Assembly: GCA_043808705.1 (NCBI GenBank)
Contig: JAZDEO010000013.1
Location: forward strand, 8,081 to 72,080
Length of the DNA stretch: 64,000 nucleotides
Reading direction: 5' to 3'
Source: an archaeon
GTDB lineage: Archaea; Nanobdellota; Nanobdellia; SCGC-AAA011-G17; GW2011-AR20
The notes under the pieces were generated by a model. It saw nothing but the letters and a program-made list of their open reading frames with translations. It made no database searches and was not told where the DNA came from. Positions 18,788-29,718 of the stretch are shown in pieces. A program made the translations under genes and the position numbers. Each line of letters opens with the position of its first letter. The first letter of the stretch is position 1.

Positions 18788-21366
18788 AAGGGTATAAAGG
18801 ATATTTATTCAGTTTAGATGCCTTAATAAGTTTATTTTTAATAATTATCTTAATCCTATTGCTTCCAGGTTTTTATTCATACAAATCAGAAACGAAAAAC
18901 CTCAATTATATCTCTACAGATATTACAAATACTCTTTCTACATTAAAAGTTAATGAAATAAACAATGACTATGTAAAAACTTTAATCCAAAATAATGAAA
19001 TAACAAACCTAAATAATACTATTTTAGAACAGATAGGAGAGTTTTGGGCTCTAGGCAAAGAAGATGAAGCTCTACTTTTAATAAACAATACAATAAGCTT
19101 TTTTGTTCCAGAAGTATATAGTTATGGTATATGGATTAATAATCAAGAGATTTACAGTTCTAATAGAACAAACAAAAAACAATTGGTTGTTGCTCGAGAC
19201 CTAGTATCAGGCATACAAGAAGGACAAGCGATTTATGGACTAACAGCTAGAGTTCTTTTAAATTCAATAAATCAAAGAACATCTTCAAGTTTCGCTTTTT
19301 TTGGCGGCTATGTAGGTGATGGAAGAATATCCAAATATTTGATATTGCCTTCAACAGTAAACTCTATAAGCGAAGCATATATAGAATTAGATGTAGGTAA
19401 TAATTTTAATTTATATATAAATAACAACTTTTCAGGCACTTACACAAAACCAACTTCAGGTGTAGGGAAATATTATATAAATAATTCTTATTTAAACAAT
19501 TTTCATGAGGGCATTAACATAATATTGATAAATTTTACAACACCAGCTTCAAATTACATTGGAGGAGGTTATTTTAAAGTTAAATACCAAACATCAGAAA
19601 TAGAATTACTACAGATAAATTCAACAGATACAGACTATTTTCCAGGTATTGAAGGAATAATTAATATATATTCTTCAATCTATTCTCCAGGAAACATAAG
19701 CGCAATTGAAATTTACTTACATTATTACAATAATTATTCTATGTTTCTAAATATAGGAAACACAACAGTTTTTAATCAAACAAATTCAAGTTTAGAACAA
19801 TCTATATTAATTACTAATTCTCAAATACAATCAAAATTAAACTATGCACAATTAAGTAAAAAAACAGTTCCAATAAGGATAGGAACACAAGGAGGGAATG
19901 TTACATTTTATCAACAGGTTCCAAGTGACGTAATCTTAGTTACAGACACATCAGGAAGTATGTCAACTCAAGATATTTTAGGAGCTCCAGGATTAAGTAG
20001 ATTAGCTGTAGCAAAACAATTAGACAGAATCTTTGTTGATACTGTTCTAAACAGTTCAATTAACAGAGTTGGTTTAGTAAGTTACGCATCAACATTGAGG
20101 AGTTATGTTAATTTAACAAACAACAATCAAACACTCCAGAATGAAATAAATAGTTATACATCATCAGGTTCAACATGCATCTGTTGTGGCTTAAACAAAT
20201 CAATCAATATGTTGAATACACAAAGTACTTCACAAAAATATAAGTCAGTTGTTTTAATGAGTGATGGTGAAGCGAATGTAAGATGCACAACCAATTATCC
20301 ATGCCAATGTATAATGTGGGTTTGGGGTTTTTGTTGGTTTTGGGACTGTACTTTAGCAGCAAAAAAAGACGCAATTGATTTTGCATGTAATGCATCTAAA
20401 CTTTATAATATAACTGTCCATTCTGTAGGCTTAGGCCAAGAAGCAGATCTAGCAACTCTAAGAAACATTTCAGATTGTGGTAATGGTACATTCTATTCAA
20501 GTAATAATTTTACAGAACTTCAAGAGATATATAAAACTTTAGCAATAGAAGCAACATCAGCTCCATTAAGTTATGTAGAACAAACAGTTTCATTTTCAAA
20601 TACCTCCTCAAGACTATATCCAGACTCTTACATTAAAATAGATTATCAAAGAGAACTTCCATTATTACAATATAATTATATTACAATTCCTATTGAAACA
20701 CCAAGATTCAATAATGAAATAACAGAAGGTAACTTTTTCATACCATCTCAAGTATCAGTTATTGATGCAAGAATAACATCTTACTCAGCAAGTAAATGGA
20801 CAAATGATTTAAAGATCTATAATTCTGGAAATTTATGGACCAACTTATTTAATTTATCAAAGTATGGCCAAAATTATGAAACCTTAGGAGACCCATATAC
20901 AGTAAATATACCCTCAGAATACGTAAAGACAAATGAAAATAATTCAATAAGAATCTCTACAGGGCTTTCCCCATCAAATTATACAGGAGGTAATATAGAT
21001 GACAGAGCCATTTACACAATTGGCTTAAATCTATTTTTTAATTATTCTGGTGTGTTCCCAAAAGCGGAGGGATGTGACTGGTACTTAAATTTTGAAGATG
21101 GAAGTAATGCCACGATTTCAATACCACAAAATTATAGTTTAGACGAAATGTGTTATTACACAAGCTCTACTAATTGTGATGTAGATTATGGTGATGATGC
21201 AATAAATAATGCAGCATGCCACCTCTTCTTGCAATTAGACTTCGACAATAATGGAAAATTATATGTAAATTTTGACGAAGGGGATATAGATATAGACATT
21301 ATATCTGTCCCAGGAATACCTTACATGTGGGGTCCTGCATTAATTGAGGTAAGAACATGGCAATAA
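18778..21366 (+). CDS. large pilin-like surface protein with von Willebrand factor A (vWA) domain and Cys/Trp-rich segment
   Basis: N-term MGLKGYKGYLFSLDALISLFLIIILILLL (class III-like). vWA MIDAS DVILVTDTSGSM…SDGEAN. Cys/Trp-rich CICCGLNKS…CTTNYPCQCIMWVWGFCWFWDC. Asn/Ser/Thr-rich, 862 aa. Confidence 0.65.
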   Translation: MGLKGYKGYLFSLDALISLFLIIILILLLPGFYSYKSETKNLNYISTDITNTLSTLKVNEINNDYVKTLIQNNEITNLNNTILEQIGEFWALGKEDEALLLINNTISFFVPEVYSYGIWINNQEIYSSNRTNKKQLVVARDLVSGIQEGQAIYGLTARVLLNSINQRTSSSFAFFGGYVGDGRISKYLILPSTVNSISEAYIELDVGNNFNLYINNNFSGTYTKPTSGVGKYYINNSYLNNFHEGINIILINFTTPASNYIGGGYFKVKYQTSEIELLQINSTDTDYFPGIEGIINIYSSIYSPGNISAIEIYLHYYNNYSMFLNIGNTTVFNQTNSSLEQSILITNSQIQSKLNYAQLSKKTVPIRIGTQGGNVTFYQQVPSDVILVTDTSGSMSTQDILGAPGLSRLAVAKQLDRIFVDTVLNSSINRVGLVSYASTLRSYVNLTNNNQTLQNEINSYTSSGSTCICCGLNKSINMLNTQSTSQKYKSVVLMSDGEANVRCTTNYPCQCIMWVWGFCWFWDCTLAAKKDAIDFACNASKLYNITVHSVGLGQEADLATLRNISDCGNGTFYSSNNFTELQEIYKTLAIEATSAPLSYVEQTVSFSNTSSRLYPDSYIKIDYQRELPLLQYNYITIPIETPRFNNEITEGNFFIPSQVSVIDARITSYSASKWTNDLKIYNSGNLWTNLFNLSKYGQNYETLGDPYTVNIPSEYVKTNENNSIRISTGLSPSNYTGGNIDDRAIYTIGLNLFFNYSGVFPKAEGCDWYLNFEDGSNATISIPQNYSLDEMCYYTSSTNCDVDYGDDAINNAACHLFLQLDFDNNGKLYVNFDEGDIDIDIISVPGIPYMWGPALIEVRTWQ

Positions 21367-22283
21367 ATAAAAGAGGCATGGTTTTTTCTATAATAACAAT
21401 AGCTATGATAACTATGTTTATAATATTCTTAGTTTCACAAAATCAATATAAGTTATCTGACAAAACAGATTCAGATTCTATAAGGATAATTACCATGAAC
21501 GAATTTATTAATGACGTTGAATTAGATCTAGAAAGAGGTATGTATATATCAGGATTCAGATCAATCTTGTCTATGAATGAGTATATTGCAAATAATGGGG
21601 TATTCTTAATTAATACAGAGTCTTCATTTAAAGAGGCATTCTTCAACGGTTCAATAAATAACCAACAGAGTTCTTTAATGACCTCAGCAACATTCCCAAA
21701 TTGGATTAGTAATATACAATCAAAAGCAGACTTATTTAATCTTAATATAGAGTTTGAAAATGAACATTTGGAAGTTTTACAAAGAGAGCCTTGGTATATC
21801 ACCTTAATTTATAACGCAACTATAAACTTAACAGACAAACAAAACACAGCTTATTGGATAAAGTATGAATCAATTGAAACCCAAATAAACATAAACGGTT
21901 TTGAAGATCCACTATATATAATAAAGAGTTATGGAGTATCTACTAATATAATCAATCAAACAATTTATGCAGGTAATTATGTAAATGGGTTAGATGTTTC
22001 AAATCTTTACAATCATGTTGATAACTCATTATATGATCATAATCCAAATGCCACTAACTTTTTAATGAGATTTGAAAATAATCTAAATCCATCTTCATGT
22101 TGCGGTATAGAAAGTTTTGTTAATGAACAAGAATTAAATCCACAACAGAGTTCAGATAAAAGTAATATCGACTGGATATTCTTTAATCCGTCATTAAATC
22201 CTGCTTCTCATACAGTAACAGGTATGCAATCATGGTTTAGAATAGATTCAGAATATGAGCATAATACTCAGTATAATGCGTAA
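21357..22283 (+). CDS. pilin-like protein (class III signal peptide KRG|M)
   Basis: MAINKRG|MVFSIITIAMITMFIIFLV; 308 aa, last gene of the operon. Confidence 0.55.
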   Translation: MAINKRGMVFSIITIAMITMFIIFLVSQNQYKLSDKTDSDSIRIITMNEFINDVELDLERGMYISGFRSILSMNEYIANNGVFLINTESSFKEAFFNGSINNQQSSLMTSATFPNWISNIQSKADLFNLNIEFENEHLEVLQREPWYITLIYNATINLTDKQNTAYWIKYESIETQININGFEDPLYIIKSYGVSTNIINQTIYAGNYVNGLDVSNLYNHVDNSLYDHNPNATNFLMRFENNLNPSSCCGIESFVNEQELNPQQSSDKSNIDWIFFNPSLNPASHTVTGMQSWFRIDSEYEHNTQYNA

Positions 22284-22348
22284 TTTCATAAAAACACAAC
22301 CTTTTTATAAATATTCTAAAGTTTATTTAACAATTTTGATAAATTAAC

Positions 22349-24409
22349 ATGAAGAAAATAATAATCTTAACCGAAAAACCAACAGCATCTTTAAAGATAG
22401 CTCAGGCTTTATCATCTAAAATAACCAAGAAGAAATACAAGAAAGCCCCTTATTATGAGTTAGAATTTAATGATAAAACAATAACAATATTATGTGCAGT
22501 AGGTCATCTTTACAATTTAGCTGAAAAAGAAAAAAATCATTGGACTTATCCTATATTTGATTATGTATGGAAAGAATCATATTCTGTTCAAAAATCTGCA
22601 GCATTCTCAAAAGTTTATTTAGACGCAATAAAAAAACTAGATGACAAAGAAGCAGAAGTTTATATGGCCACAGATAAAGATCTAGAGGGAGAGATTTTAG
22701 GTTATAACATAATAAGATTTGCATTAAAAAGAAATGATGCAAAGAGAATGGAATTTTCAACTATGACCGCTAAAGATTTAAAGCATTCATTTGAAAATCC
22801 AAAAGAACATTTAGATTTTCCATTAATTAATTCAGGAGAGACAAGACACATTCTTGATTTTTTGTGGGGTCTTAATTTAAGTAGAGCTCTGACATCATCA
22901 ATAAGAAAATCAGGTTTCTTTAAAATATTAAGCTCTGGCCGAGTTCAAGGACCAGCTTTAAAGATACTAACAGAAAGAGAACTTGAGATAAGAAAATTTG
23001 TTTCAAGAAAATATTGGGAATTAGAAGCTATAAACACACTTACATTATATCACAAAAACGGTAAATTCTTTGATAAACAAGAAGCAGATGAAAAATATGA
23101 AAAAATAAAAGACGAGAAAATAGCATCTGTAATTAATATAGAAAAAAAAGAGTTTTATCAAGATCCACCAAATCCTTTTGATTTAACTTCACTACAACTT
23201 GAATCATATAAGTTATTTGGAATATCACCTAAAGAAACATTATCAATAGCTCAAGAACTTTATATTAATGCCTACATATCATATCCGAGAACCTCATCGA
23301 ATATACTACCAGAGTCATTAAACTATAAGGAGATTATTACAAATATTTCAAATCAGAAACAATATGAAAAATTATCTAAAGAATTACTTTCAAAAAAAAT
23401 ATTAAAGCCAAATAACGGTAACAAAACAGATCCAGCTCATCCAGCTTTATATCCTACAGGAGAAATTCCTTCAAAACTTAATGAAAAGGAAAAAAAGATT
23501 TATGATCTAATTGTTAAAAGAACCTTAGCTTCATTTGCAGATAAAGCAAAAAGAGAAACAGTTATCATAGAAACAGACATTAAAGAAGAACCCTTTATCG
23601 CAAAGGGTTCAAGAACTACAGAGAAAGGATGGCACTCTTTCTATGAACCTTATATTAAATTAGAAGAGGTAGAAATGCCTCCCTTAAAAATAAATGATAA
23701 AATAAAATTAAAGAAAATAAGCAAATTAGAAAAAGAAACAACCCCTCCTAAAAGATATACAGAAGCTTCAATAATAAAAGAACTAGAATCAAGAAATTTA
23801 GGAACAAAAGCAACAAGAGCTTCTATAATAGAATCTCTCTATCAAAGAAACTATGTAAAAGAAAAATCAATTGAAGTTACAGATTTGGGATTAAAAACAG
23901 TTGAGGTTTTAGAAAAATATGCTTCAGAAATTTTAGATGAGAACTTAACAAGACATTTTGAAGAGGAAATGGATCAAATAAGAGAGGAAAAAAAGAAAGA
24001 AGAAGAGGTTATAGAAGAAGCCAAAGTAACCTTAAAAGAGATTCTAGATCATTTTAAGAAAAATGAAAAGAAAATAGGAGAAGAACTTTCAGTAGCAAAT
24101 AAAGAAACCCAAAATCAAGCATCTATAATAGGAAAATGCCCTAACTGTGAAGGAAATTTAAAGATATTATATTCAAAAAAGTTCAAATCATATTTTTTAG
24201 CTTGTGACAAATATCCAGAATGTAAAACAACATTTTCTCTACCATCAGGATTACCTAAGCCAACAGATAATTTCTGTGAAGAATGTAAATACCCCTTAGT
24301 TAAAATAATAAGAAGCGGCAAAAAACCATTTGATTATTGTTATAATAAATCATGTCCAAAAAGGTTAAGATGGATTAAAGAACAACAATCCCAGAATCAT
24401 CAATCTTAA
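22349..24409 (+). CDS. topA: type IA DNA topoisomerase (Topo I/III-like) with C-terminal zinc ribbons
   Basis: Toprim N-terminus (IIILTEKP…DKDLEGE), catalytic core, and C-terminal CPNCEG…CDKYPECK…CEECKYP zinc fingers. Confidence 0.85.
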   Translation: MKKIIILTEKPTASLKIAQALSSKITKKKYKKAPYYELEFNDKTITILCAVGHLYNLAEKEKNHWTYPIFDYVWKESYSVQKSAAFSKVYLDAIKKLDDKEAEVYMATDKDLEGEILGYNIIRFALKRNDAKRMEFSTMTAKDLKHSFENPKEHLDFPLINSGETRHILDFLWGLNLSRALTSSIRKSGFFKILSSGRVQGPALKILTERELEIRKFVSRKYWELEAINTLTLYHKNGKFFDKQEADEKYEKIKDEKIASVINIEKKEFYQDPPNPFDLTSLQLESYKLFGISPKETLSIAQELYINAYISYPRTSSNILPESLNYKEIITNISNQKQYEKLSKELLSKKILKPNNGNKTDPAHPALYPTGEIPSKLNEKEKKIYDLIVKRTLASFADKAKRETVIIETDIKEEPFIAKGSRTTEKGWHSFYEPYIKLEEVEMPPLKINDKIKLKKISKLEKETTPPKRYTEASIIKELESRNLGTKATRASIIESLYQRNYVKEKSIEVTDLGLKTVEVLEKYASEILDENLTRHFEEEMDQIREEKKKEEEVIEEAKVTLKEILDHFKKNEKKIGEELSVANKETQNQASIIGKCPNCEGNLKILYSKKFKSYFLACDKYPECKTTFSLPSGLPKPTDNFCEECKYPLVKIIRSGKKPFDYCYNKSCPKRLRWIKEQQSQNHQS

Positions 24410-25007
24410 ATCTAATCTCTTTATTATAAGGTTTTTCAAATATTATTTTTCTTGGATTCTTTTCCAATCTTAAAATAGACTTGCTCCAATTTTTAACCAT
24501 ATTACCACCAACAACCTCTACTTTTTTAGTGTCTATATTTTGATAAACTTGATTTAAAATCAATACATAAGAGTACTTGCTTATATCACTTAATACTTGA
24601 AACTGTTTGTCAAGATCTTTATTGGCTTTATTTGGATCTTTTTTTAATTTTAACCTATAATAAAAACCCAAACTATCTATAACAACTAACCTAATATTCT
24701 TTATTTTCAATAAGTTTTCAACACATTTACCCTGCTCTTTAAAATTATTTACATTTATTACACAAATCTTGTTTAATTTATCTTCATAATTTTTATCAAT
24801 CTGTTTTATTCTTTCAACAGAAAAACCTCTTTCAGTGTCTATAAATATAATCTTGCCTTTATCAACATTGTCTAGAGCAAGCTGCATAGCTAATGTTGTT
24901 TTACCCGTGGCAGGTTCTCCATAAATCAAATTTATACCTTTTTGTATATTTAAGAGCTCAAAATTCATAAGATTTATAAGTTTAACAAAGTTAAAAAAAC
25001 TTTCCAA
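24375..25007 (-). CDS. radB: RadB-like RecA-superfamily recombination ATPase
   Basis: LIYGEPATGKTTLAMQLAL, IFIDTERGFSVERI, LVVIDSLG, LNQV; 210 aa; 3' end overlaps topA 3' end by 35 nt (convergent). Confidence 0.65.
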   Translation of the reverse strand: MESFFNFVKLINLMNFELLNIQKGINLIYGEPATGKTTLAMQLALDNVDKGKIIFIDTERGFSVERIKQIDKNYEDKLNKICVINVNNFKEQGKCVENLLKIKNIRLVVIDSLGFYYRLKLKKDPNKANKDLDKQFQVLSDISKYSYVLILNQVYQNIDTKKVEVVGGNMVKNWSKSILRLEKNPRKIIFEKPYNKEIRFKIDDSGIVVL

Positions 25008-25057
25008 ATAAGATAGAAAAACAAAACATTTAAATTTTTAAGTATTAAATCAATAAT

Positions 25058-27589
25058 ATGGACAAAGTGAAAGAAATCAAGTTAAAGGTAATGGAAGCCC
25101 TGCAGGAAGAGGCCTATAAAGGAATAGTTAGAATAGACTCTGAAACAATGAAGGAGCTTCATGTCCATCCAGGAGAGGTTGTTGAAATAGAGGGTGGTAG
25201 AGTAACAGTAGGCACAGTTGATAGAGCCTATCCAACAGATGTTGGTCAATCAGTAATAAGAATGGACGGTATAATAAGAAGAAACGCAAAAACAAGTATA
25301 GGGGAATATGTAAAGGTAAAGAAAGCCTTAAGTGAAGAAGCAAAGGCAGTTTCAATTGCACCAGCTCAAAAAGGGATTATGATTAAAGGCAATCCTGATT
25401 TTATTAAAAAAGTCTTATTAGGGAGAGCTATAGTTAAAGGAGATTTAGTTGTTCCAACAGGATTCAGAACAAGAAGAAGGGGAATGCCAGATTCATCATT
25501 TTCAAATCCCATGTTAGATGATTTCTTTTCAGAATTTGAAGAATCTCTTTCAATAGGTTTTGGTCTAGGAAATATAAGATTCATAATTGTTTCAACTACC
25601 CCAAAGCAACCAGTTATAATCACAGAAACAACAAAATTAGATTTAATAGAAAAAGCAGTTGACATAACAGAAGAAAAAGTACCTGAAGTTACATATGAAG
25701 ACCTAGGGGGATTATCAAATGAAATTAAAAATATAAGAGAAATGGTAGAGCTTCCATTAAAACATCCAGAGATATTCGAGAAATTAGGGATAGAACCTCC
25801 AAAAGGAGTTTTGCTTCATGGTCCTCCAGGAACAGGTAAAACTTTATTGGCTAAGGCAGTAGCAAATGAATCAGAAGCTAATTTTATTCTTGTAAATGGT
25901 CCTGAAATAGTTAACAAATATTATGGTGAATCAGAAAAGAGACTTAGAGAAATATTTGATCAAGCTGAAAAATCAGCACCATCAATAATATTCTTTGATG
26001 AAATAGACGCAATTGCTTCTAAGAGGGAGGAAACTTATGGAGAACTTGAAAGAAGAGTTGTTTCTCAATTACTAACACAATTAGACGGTCTAAAATCTAG
26101 AGGCAAAGTAGTTGTTATAGCAGCTACAAATAGGCCAAATTCAATAGATCCAGCATTAAGGCGTCCAGGTAGATTTGATAGAGAAATTCAAATAGGTGTT
26201 CCTAATAAAGAGGGCAGACTAAACATATTAAAGATTCATACAAGAAATATGCCTCTTTTCAAATTTGAAAATTCTTTAAAAGATCTAAAAGACAAAGAAC
26301 CAAAGATAATTACAGAAGAATTAGAAGAATTATTAATTTATATAGGAAAGAGTAATGATAGAAAATACTATTCATTAAAAGATATTGAATCTTTTATACA
26401 AAAATATCTAAAAGACAATCCAAAAAAGAACGAGATAGCAAAGAATTTTAATATAAATGAAATAAAAAAGATATTAGACAAGATTACTTTAAATCAAAAT
26501 ATAGTAAATCTTTCTGACTTAGCTGAAATAACTCACGGTTTTGTTGGTGCAGATATAGCAGCATTATGCAAGGAAGCAGCAATGTCTGTTTTAAGAAGAA
26601 TACTTCCAGAAATAAAGTGGGGAGAAAAAGAAACAATACCTAAAGAGATATTAGAAAGTTTAATGATTACCTCTAATGACTTTCAACAAGCCCTAAGATT
26701 AGTAAGACCTTCTGCTATGAGAGAAGTCTTAGTTGAAAATCCAAATGTAAAATGGAATGATATAGGTGGCTTGGAAAATATACAACAAGAACTTAAAGAA
26801 GCTGTAGAATGGCCATTAAAACATCCAGATGCCTTTAAAAGAATGGGTATAAGGCCTCCTAGAGGATTATTACTTCATGGTCCTCCTGGAACAGGTAAAA
26901 CATTATTGGCTAGGGCAGTAGCCACAGAATCTCAAGCAAACTTTATCCAGATTAAAGGTCCAGAATTATTAAACAAATTTGTTGGGGAATCTGAAAAAGG
27001 CGTTAGAAAGATATTTGAAAAAGCAAGACAAGTTTCTCCATCAATAATATTCTTTGATGAAATAGATGCTATAGCACCTAGAAGAGGATCTTCTCATGAT
27101 TCACACGTTACTGAAAATGTAGTTAACACAATACTAGCTGAAATGGATGGTTTAGAAGAACTAAATAATGTAATTGTTCTTGGAGCAACAAACAGGCCAG
27201 ATAGAATTGATTCAGCTTTACTAAGGCCCGGAAGATTTGATAGAATTTTACTAATAGGGCCCCCATCAAAAGAAGGAAGGTTAGACATATTAAAAATTCA
27301 TACAAAGAATATGCCTCTAGCTAAAGAAATAAATTTAAAGACCTTAGCTGAAAAAACCGAAGGTTATGTAGGAGCAGATCTAGAATCTGTTTGTAGAGAA
27401 GCTGGTTTGTTAGCATTAAGAGAAAACATAAAAGCAAAAGAGATAAAGAAAAAATTCTTTGATGAAGCCTTAAAGAAAGTAAAACCCTCACTATCTCCAG
27501 AAATAATGGAGTTCTATAATAAAGAAGAATCTACCCTAAAAAGCGCAAAATCAGTATTAGCAAAAGACGCTCCAAGTTATTTAGGTTAA
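25058..27589 (+). CDS. cdc48: CDC48/VCP-like AAA+ ATPase (double AAA) with ~85-aa low-complexity insertion in D1
   Basis: N-domain, two [11 protein letters not shown] Walker A, two DEID Walker B, SRH motifs. Lys/Asn-rich insertion between NMPL and [13 protein letters not shown]. Confidence 0.9.
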   Translation: MDKVKEIKLKVMEALQEEAYKGIVRIDSETMKELHVHPGEVVEIEGGRVTVGTVDRAYPTDVGQSVIRMDGIIRRNAKTSIGEYVKVKKALSEEAKAVSIAPAQKGIMIKGNPDFIKKVLLGRAIVKGDLVVPTGFRTRRRGMPDSSFSNPMLDDFFSEFEESLSIGFGLGNIRFIIVSTTPKQPVIITETTKLDLIEKAVDITEEKVPEVTYEDLGGLSNEIKNIREMVELPLKHPEIFEKLGIEPPKGVLLHGPPGTGKTLLAKAVANESEANFILVNGPEIVNKYYGESEKRLREIFDQAEKSAPSIIFFDEIDAIASKREETYGELERRVVSQLLTQLDGLKSRGKVVVIAATNRPNSIDPALRRPGRFDREIQIGVPNKEGRLNILKIHTRNMPLFKFENSLKDLKDKEPKIITEELEELLIYIGKSNDRKYYSLKDIESFIQKYLKDNPKKNEIAKNFNINEIKKILDKITLNQNIVNLSDLAEITHGFVGADIAALCKEAAMSVLRRILPEIKWGEKETIPKEILESLMITSNDFQQALRLVRPSAMREVLVENPNVKWNDIGGLENIQQELKEAVEWPLKHPDAFKRMGIRPPRGLLLHGPPGTGKTLLARAVATESQANFIQIKGPELLNKFVGESEKGVRKIFEKARQVSPSIIFFDEIDAIAPRRGSSHDSHVTENVVNTILAEMDGLEELNNVIVLGATNRPDRIDSALLRPGRFDRILLIGPPSKEGRLDILKIHTKNMPLAKEINLKTLAEKTEGYVGADLESVCREAGLLALRENIKAKEIKKKFFDEALKKVKPSLSPEIMEFYNKEESTLKSAKSVLAKDAPSYLG

Positions 27590-27700
27590 TTTTAATATCT
27601 TAATAATCTCTTAAATTTAATTTTACTTATAATTACTATTTGAATATTAATTCTCAAGTAGATAGAAATAATTAAAAACAACAACAGATAATTTTAGCTT

Positions 27701-28291
27701 ATGAAAGAGGAATATTTTGAAGAAAAGGAAGAACTAAGTGAAAAAAATTATATTGAAGAAGAAAAGAAAAAAATAGTTCAGATGTCTCAGATAAGTGTAG
27801 GCCTAGATAGTTATGATGATATATTCTCTGATTTTGATCCAAGACCCTATTCACAAAGAGCATTATCAGATGATTTTTTAATAGAAGCAAAAAAAGCAAG
27901 CATAGACAAATATTCTGGAACAATTGAATTAAAGTTTTTAGTTCCAAAAGATAAAAGAAGTTTAGCTAAAGAATTTATAATAAAGAGAAGATTAAGGGAA
28001 CATTTTAAAAGACATTTTTTCTTATTAGAAAAAGAAACAAAAAATTTTCTTAAATTAGGTTGGGCTTTTATATTGTGCGGGATTATAGTTATGTTTATAG
28101 CATCTTACATCTTGTTTTATCATGAAAAGAAACTCTTCTTAAGTTTTTTAATAGTTTTGCTAGAACCAGCAGGTTGGTTTTTATTCTGGGAAGGTTCTCA
28201 CATAATATTATTTGAGTCAAAAGAGAAAAAGCCAGATCTCGAATTTTATAGAAAAATTTCTAAATGTGAAATCACCTTTTTATCCTATTAA
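27701..28291 (+). CDS. hypothetical protein, acidic N-terminus, two C-terminal TM helices
   Basis: ORF track only. Confidence 0.35.
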   Translation: MKEEYFEEKEELSEKNYIEEEKKKIVQMSQISVGLDSYDDIFSDFDPRPYSQRALSDDFLIEAKKASIDKYSGTIELKFLVPKDKRSLAKEFIIKRRLREHFKRHFFLLEKETKNFLKLGWAFILCGIIVMFIASYILFYHEKKLFLSFLIVLLEPAGWFLFWEGSHIILFESKEKKPDLEFYRKISKCEITFLSY

Positions 28292-28296
28292 TCTCT

Positions 28297-28530
28297 TTAA
28301 ATATTTCCTACATATCTAAATCTAGGAATCTTTTTACCATCAACATTAACACTTTCTAGAAACATCTTTTTAGGCCTAATCCATAAAGCATTATCTCCAT
28401 ACTCATTAGAGTAATAAAGGGCTTTGTAAACAACAAATTCCTCCAAAGTTTCAGAATGTCTAGCAGTTCCAATTAGTTCATAGAATTTTCCTTTGTAATG
28501 CTGATACCTTCCTAATTTTATTTCTTTCAT
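28297..28530 (-). CDS. DUF1653-like small protein
   Basis: RYQHYKGKFYELIGTARHSETLEEFVVYKAL…WIRPKKMF matches the conserved DUF1653 pattern as remembered. Confidence 0.5.
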   Translation of the reverse strand: MKEIKLGRYQHYKGKFYELIGTARHSETLEEFVVYKALYYSNEYGDNALWIRPKKMFLESVNVDGKKIPRFRYVGNI

Positions 28531-28670
28531 AAAATTAACACTTTTTTCTACTATAAAATAATTTCCAGTAAAATAACAAAAACCGAAAAGTTTAAAAAAG
28601 AAAAGCCATCTTCTCTATATAAATAAATATTTTGTATATAATATAAAAAATATAAGGGGGGAGTTTTAAA

Positions 28671-29033
28671 ATGGAAAAGAAAGGTAGTGCTGGTTTTGGC
28701 GCTTGGGCTTTCCTTATAGGTGTTATATTAGCACTTATAGCAGGTTTAATTCCAGGCGGAGATTTAACAGGAATTATAACAGCAGTGCTTGTTATAATAG
28801 GTATAATAGTAGGATTCTTGAATGTAAGTGATGAAGAAACAGAAAAGTTCTTAGTAACATCAGTAGCCATAATGATTGCAGTATACACCGCAAGAGAAGG
28901 TATGGCTAGCCTAACAACATTAGGTACAATAGGCGACTATATGAAAAGTTTATTAACAAACATAAACATATTTGTCTTTCCAGCAACAATTGTTGTAGGT
29001 ATTAAGGCAATATATGGTTTAGCACACAACTAA
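28671..29033 (+). CDS. small integral membrane protein (3-4 TM), hypothetical
   Basis: ORF track; Gly/Ile-rich helices; followed by oligo-T tract 29038-29060 (archaeal terminator-like). Confidence 0.4.
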   Translation: MEKKGSAGFGAWAFLIGVILALIAGLIPGGDLTGIITAVLVIIGIIVGFLNVSDEETEKFLVTSVAIMIAVYTAREGMASLTTLGTIGDYMKSLLTNINIFVFPATIVVGIKAIYGLAHN

Positions 29034-29037
29034 GAAA

Positions 29038-29060
29038 CTTTTCTTTTTTTCTTTTTTTCT
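29038..29060 (+). terminator. oligo-T tract (ttttcttttttt ctttttttct) downstream of 28671..29033
   Basis: Seen in sequence; archaeal termination typically at T-runs. Confidence 0.4.
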
Positions 29061-29205
29061 CAAAATAATTTTTATAAAAGGATAAAGTAAGATTTCCTAG
29101 AAATCATAAATTTATAAGCTTTGAATTATTAGTAAACCGTTTCGTTTAAACTATAAAATAAAGAATAGAAATCTTTATAATATCTTAATTTAAGCATTCT
29201 AGCTA

Positions 29206-29640
29206 ATGAAAACCATAGATTTGATAAAAAGCAAGATAAAACAAGGAAGTTTATTAGGAAGGGATATAGATCCTTTACTTATCCAACTTAAAGATTTAGT
29301 CTCTAACAAAAAAGAAGATCCAGGAAAGATTTTAATGACCGATTTTGAAGATTTACTTCTATATAGGTTGTTATTGGACAAATTAGACAATATAGAAGAA
29401 GGCCATATAAATTTTTCAGTTAAAGAGTGCAGAAATTATAACCTTAATTTTCCTAAAATTAAAAAATTCTTAGAAGAACCAGAAACTAACAGATATATAG
29501 AAAAATTACATCAAGTAGCATTTGGCGGATTTATTGTTTTTGGTGTTTTAGAAAGATCAAATCTTAAAGAATTTTTATATAGAGGAATAAATAATACCAT
29601 TTCAAGAATAAAACCAGAAGAACCAGAAGAAGAGGAATAA
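29206..29640 (+). CDS. hypothetical protein, acidic C-terminal tail (PEEPEEEE)
   Basis: ORF track only. Confidence 0.35.
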   Translation: MKTIDLIKSKIKQGSLLGRDIDPLLIQLKDLVSNKKEDPGKILMTDFEDLLLYRLLLDKLDNIEEGHINFSVKECRNYNLNFPKIKKFLEEPETNRYIEKLHQVAFGGFIVFGVLERSNLKEFLYRGINNTISRIKPEEPEEEE

Positions 29641-29718
29641 ATATTATTTCTTATTGATATTTTTATTGTTTATCTAAAATATCTTAAAAATCTACTTAAA
29701 ATAAAACCTTAAGAAAAA

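Noticed and set aside
25128-25665. Minus-strand ORFs 25128..25361 and 25366..25665 (also 27094..27305) antisense to cdc48
   Set aside because: Embedded antisense in a highly conserved AAA+ gene; Leu/Pro-rich low-complexity translations.
26240-26520. Cdc48 D1 insertion considered as a fifth intein
   Set aside because: No N-terminal C/S/T nucleophile context, no terminal His-Asn, no LAGLIDADG or Hint blocks; flanking extein residues do not abut a nucleophile. Interpreted as a low-complexity loop.
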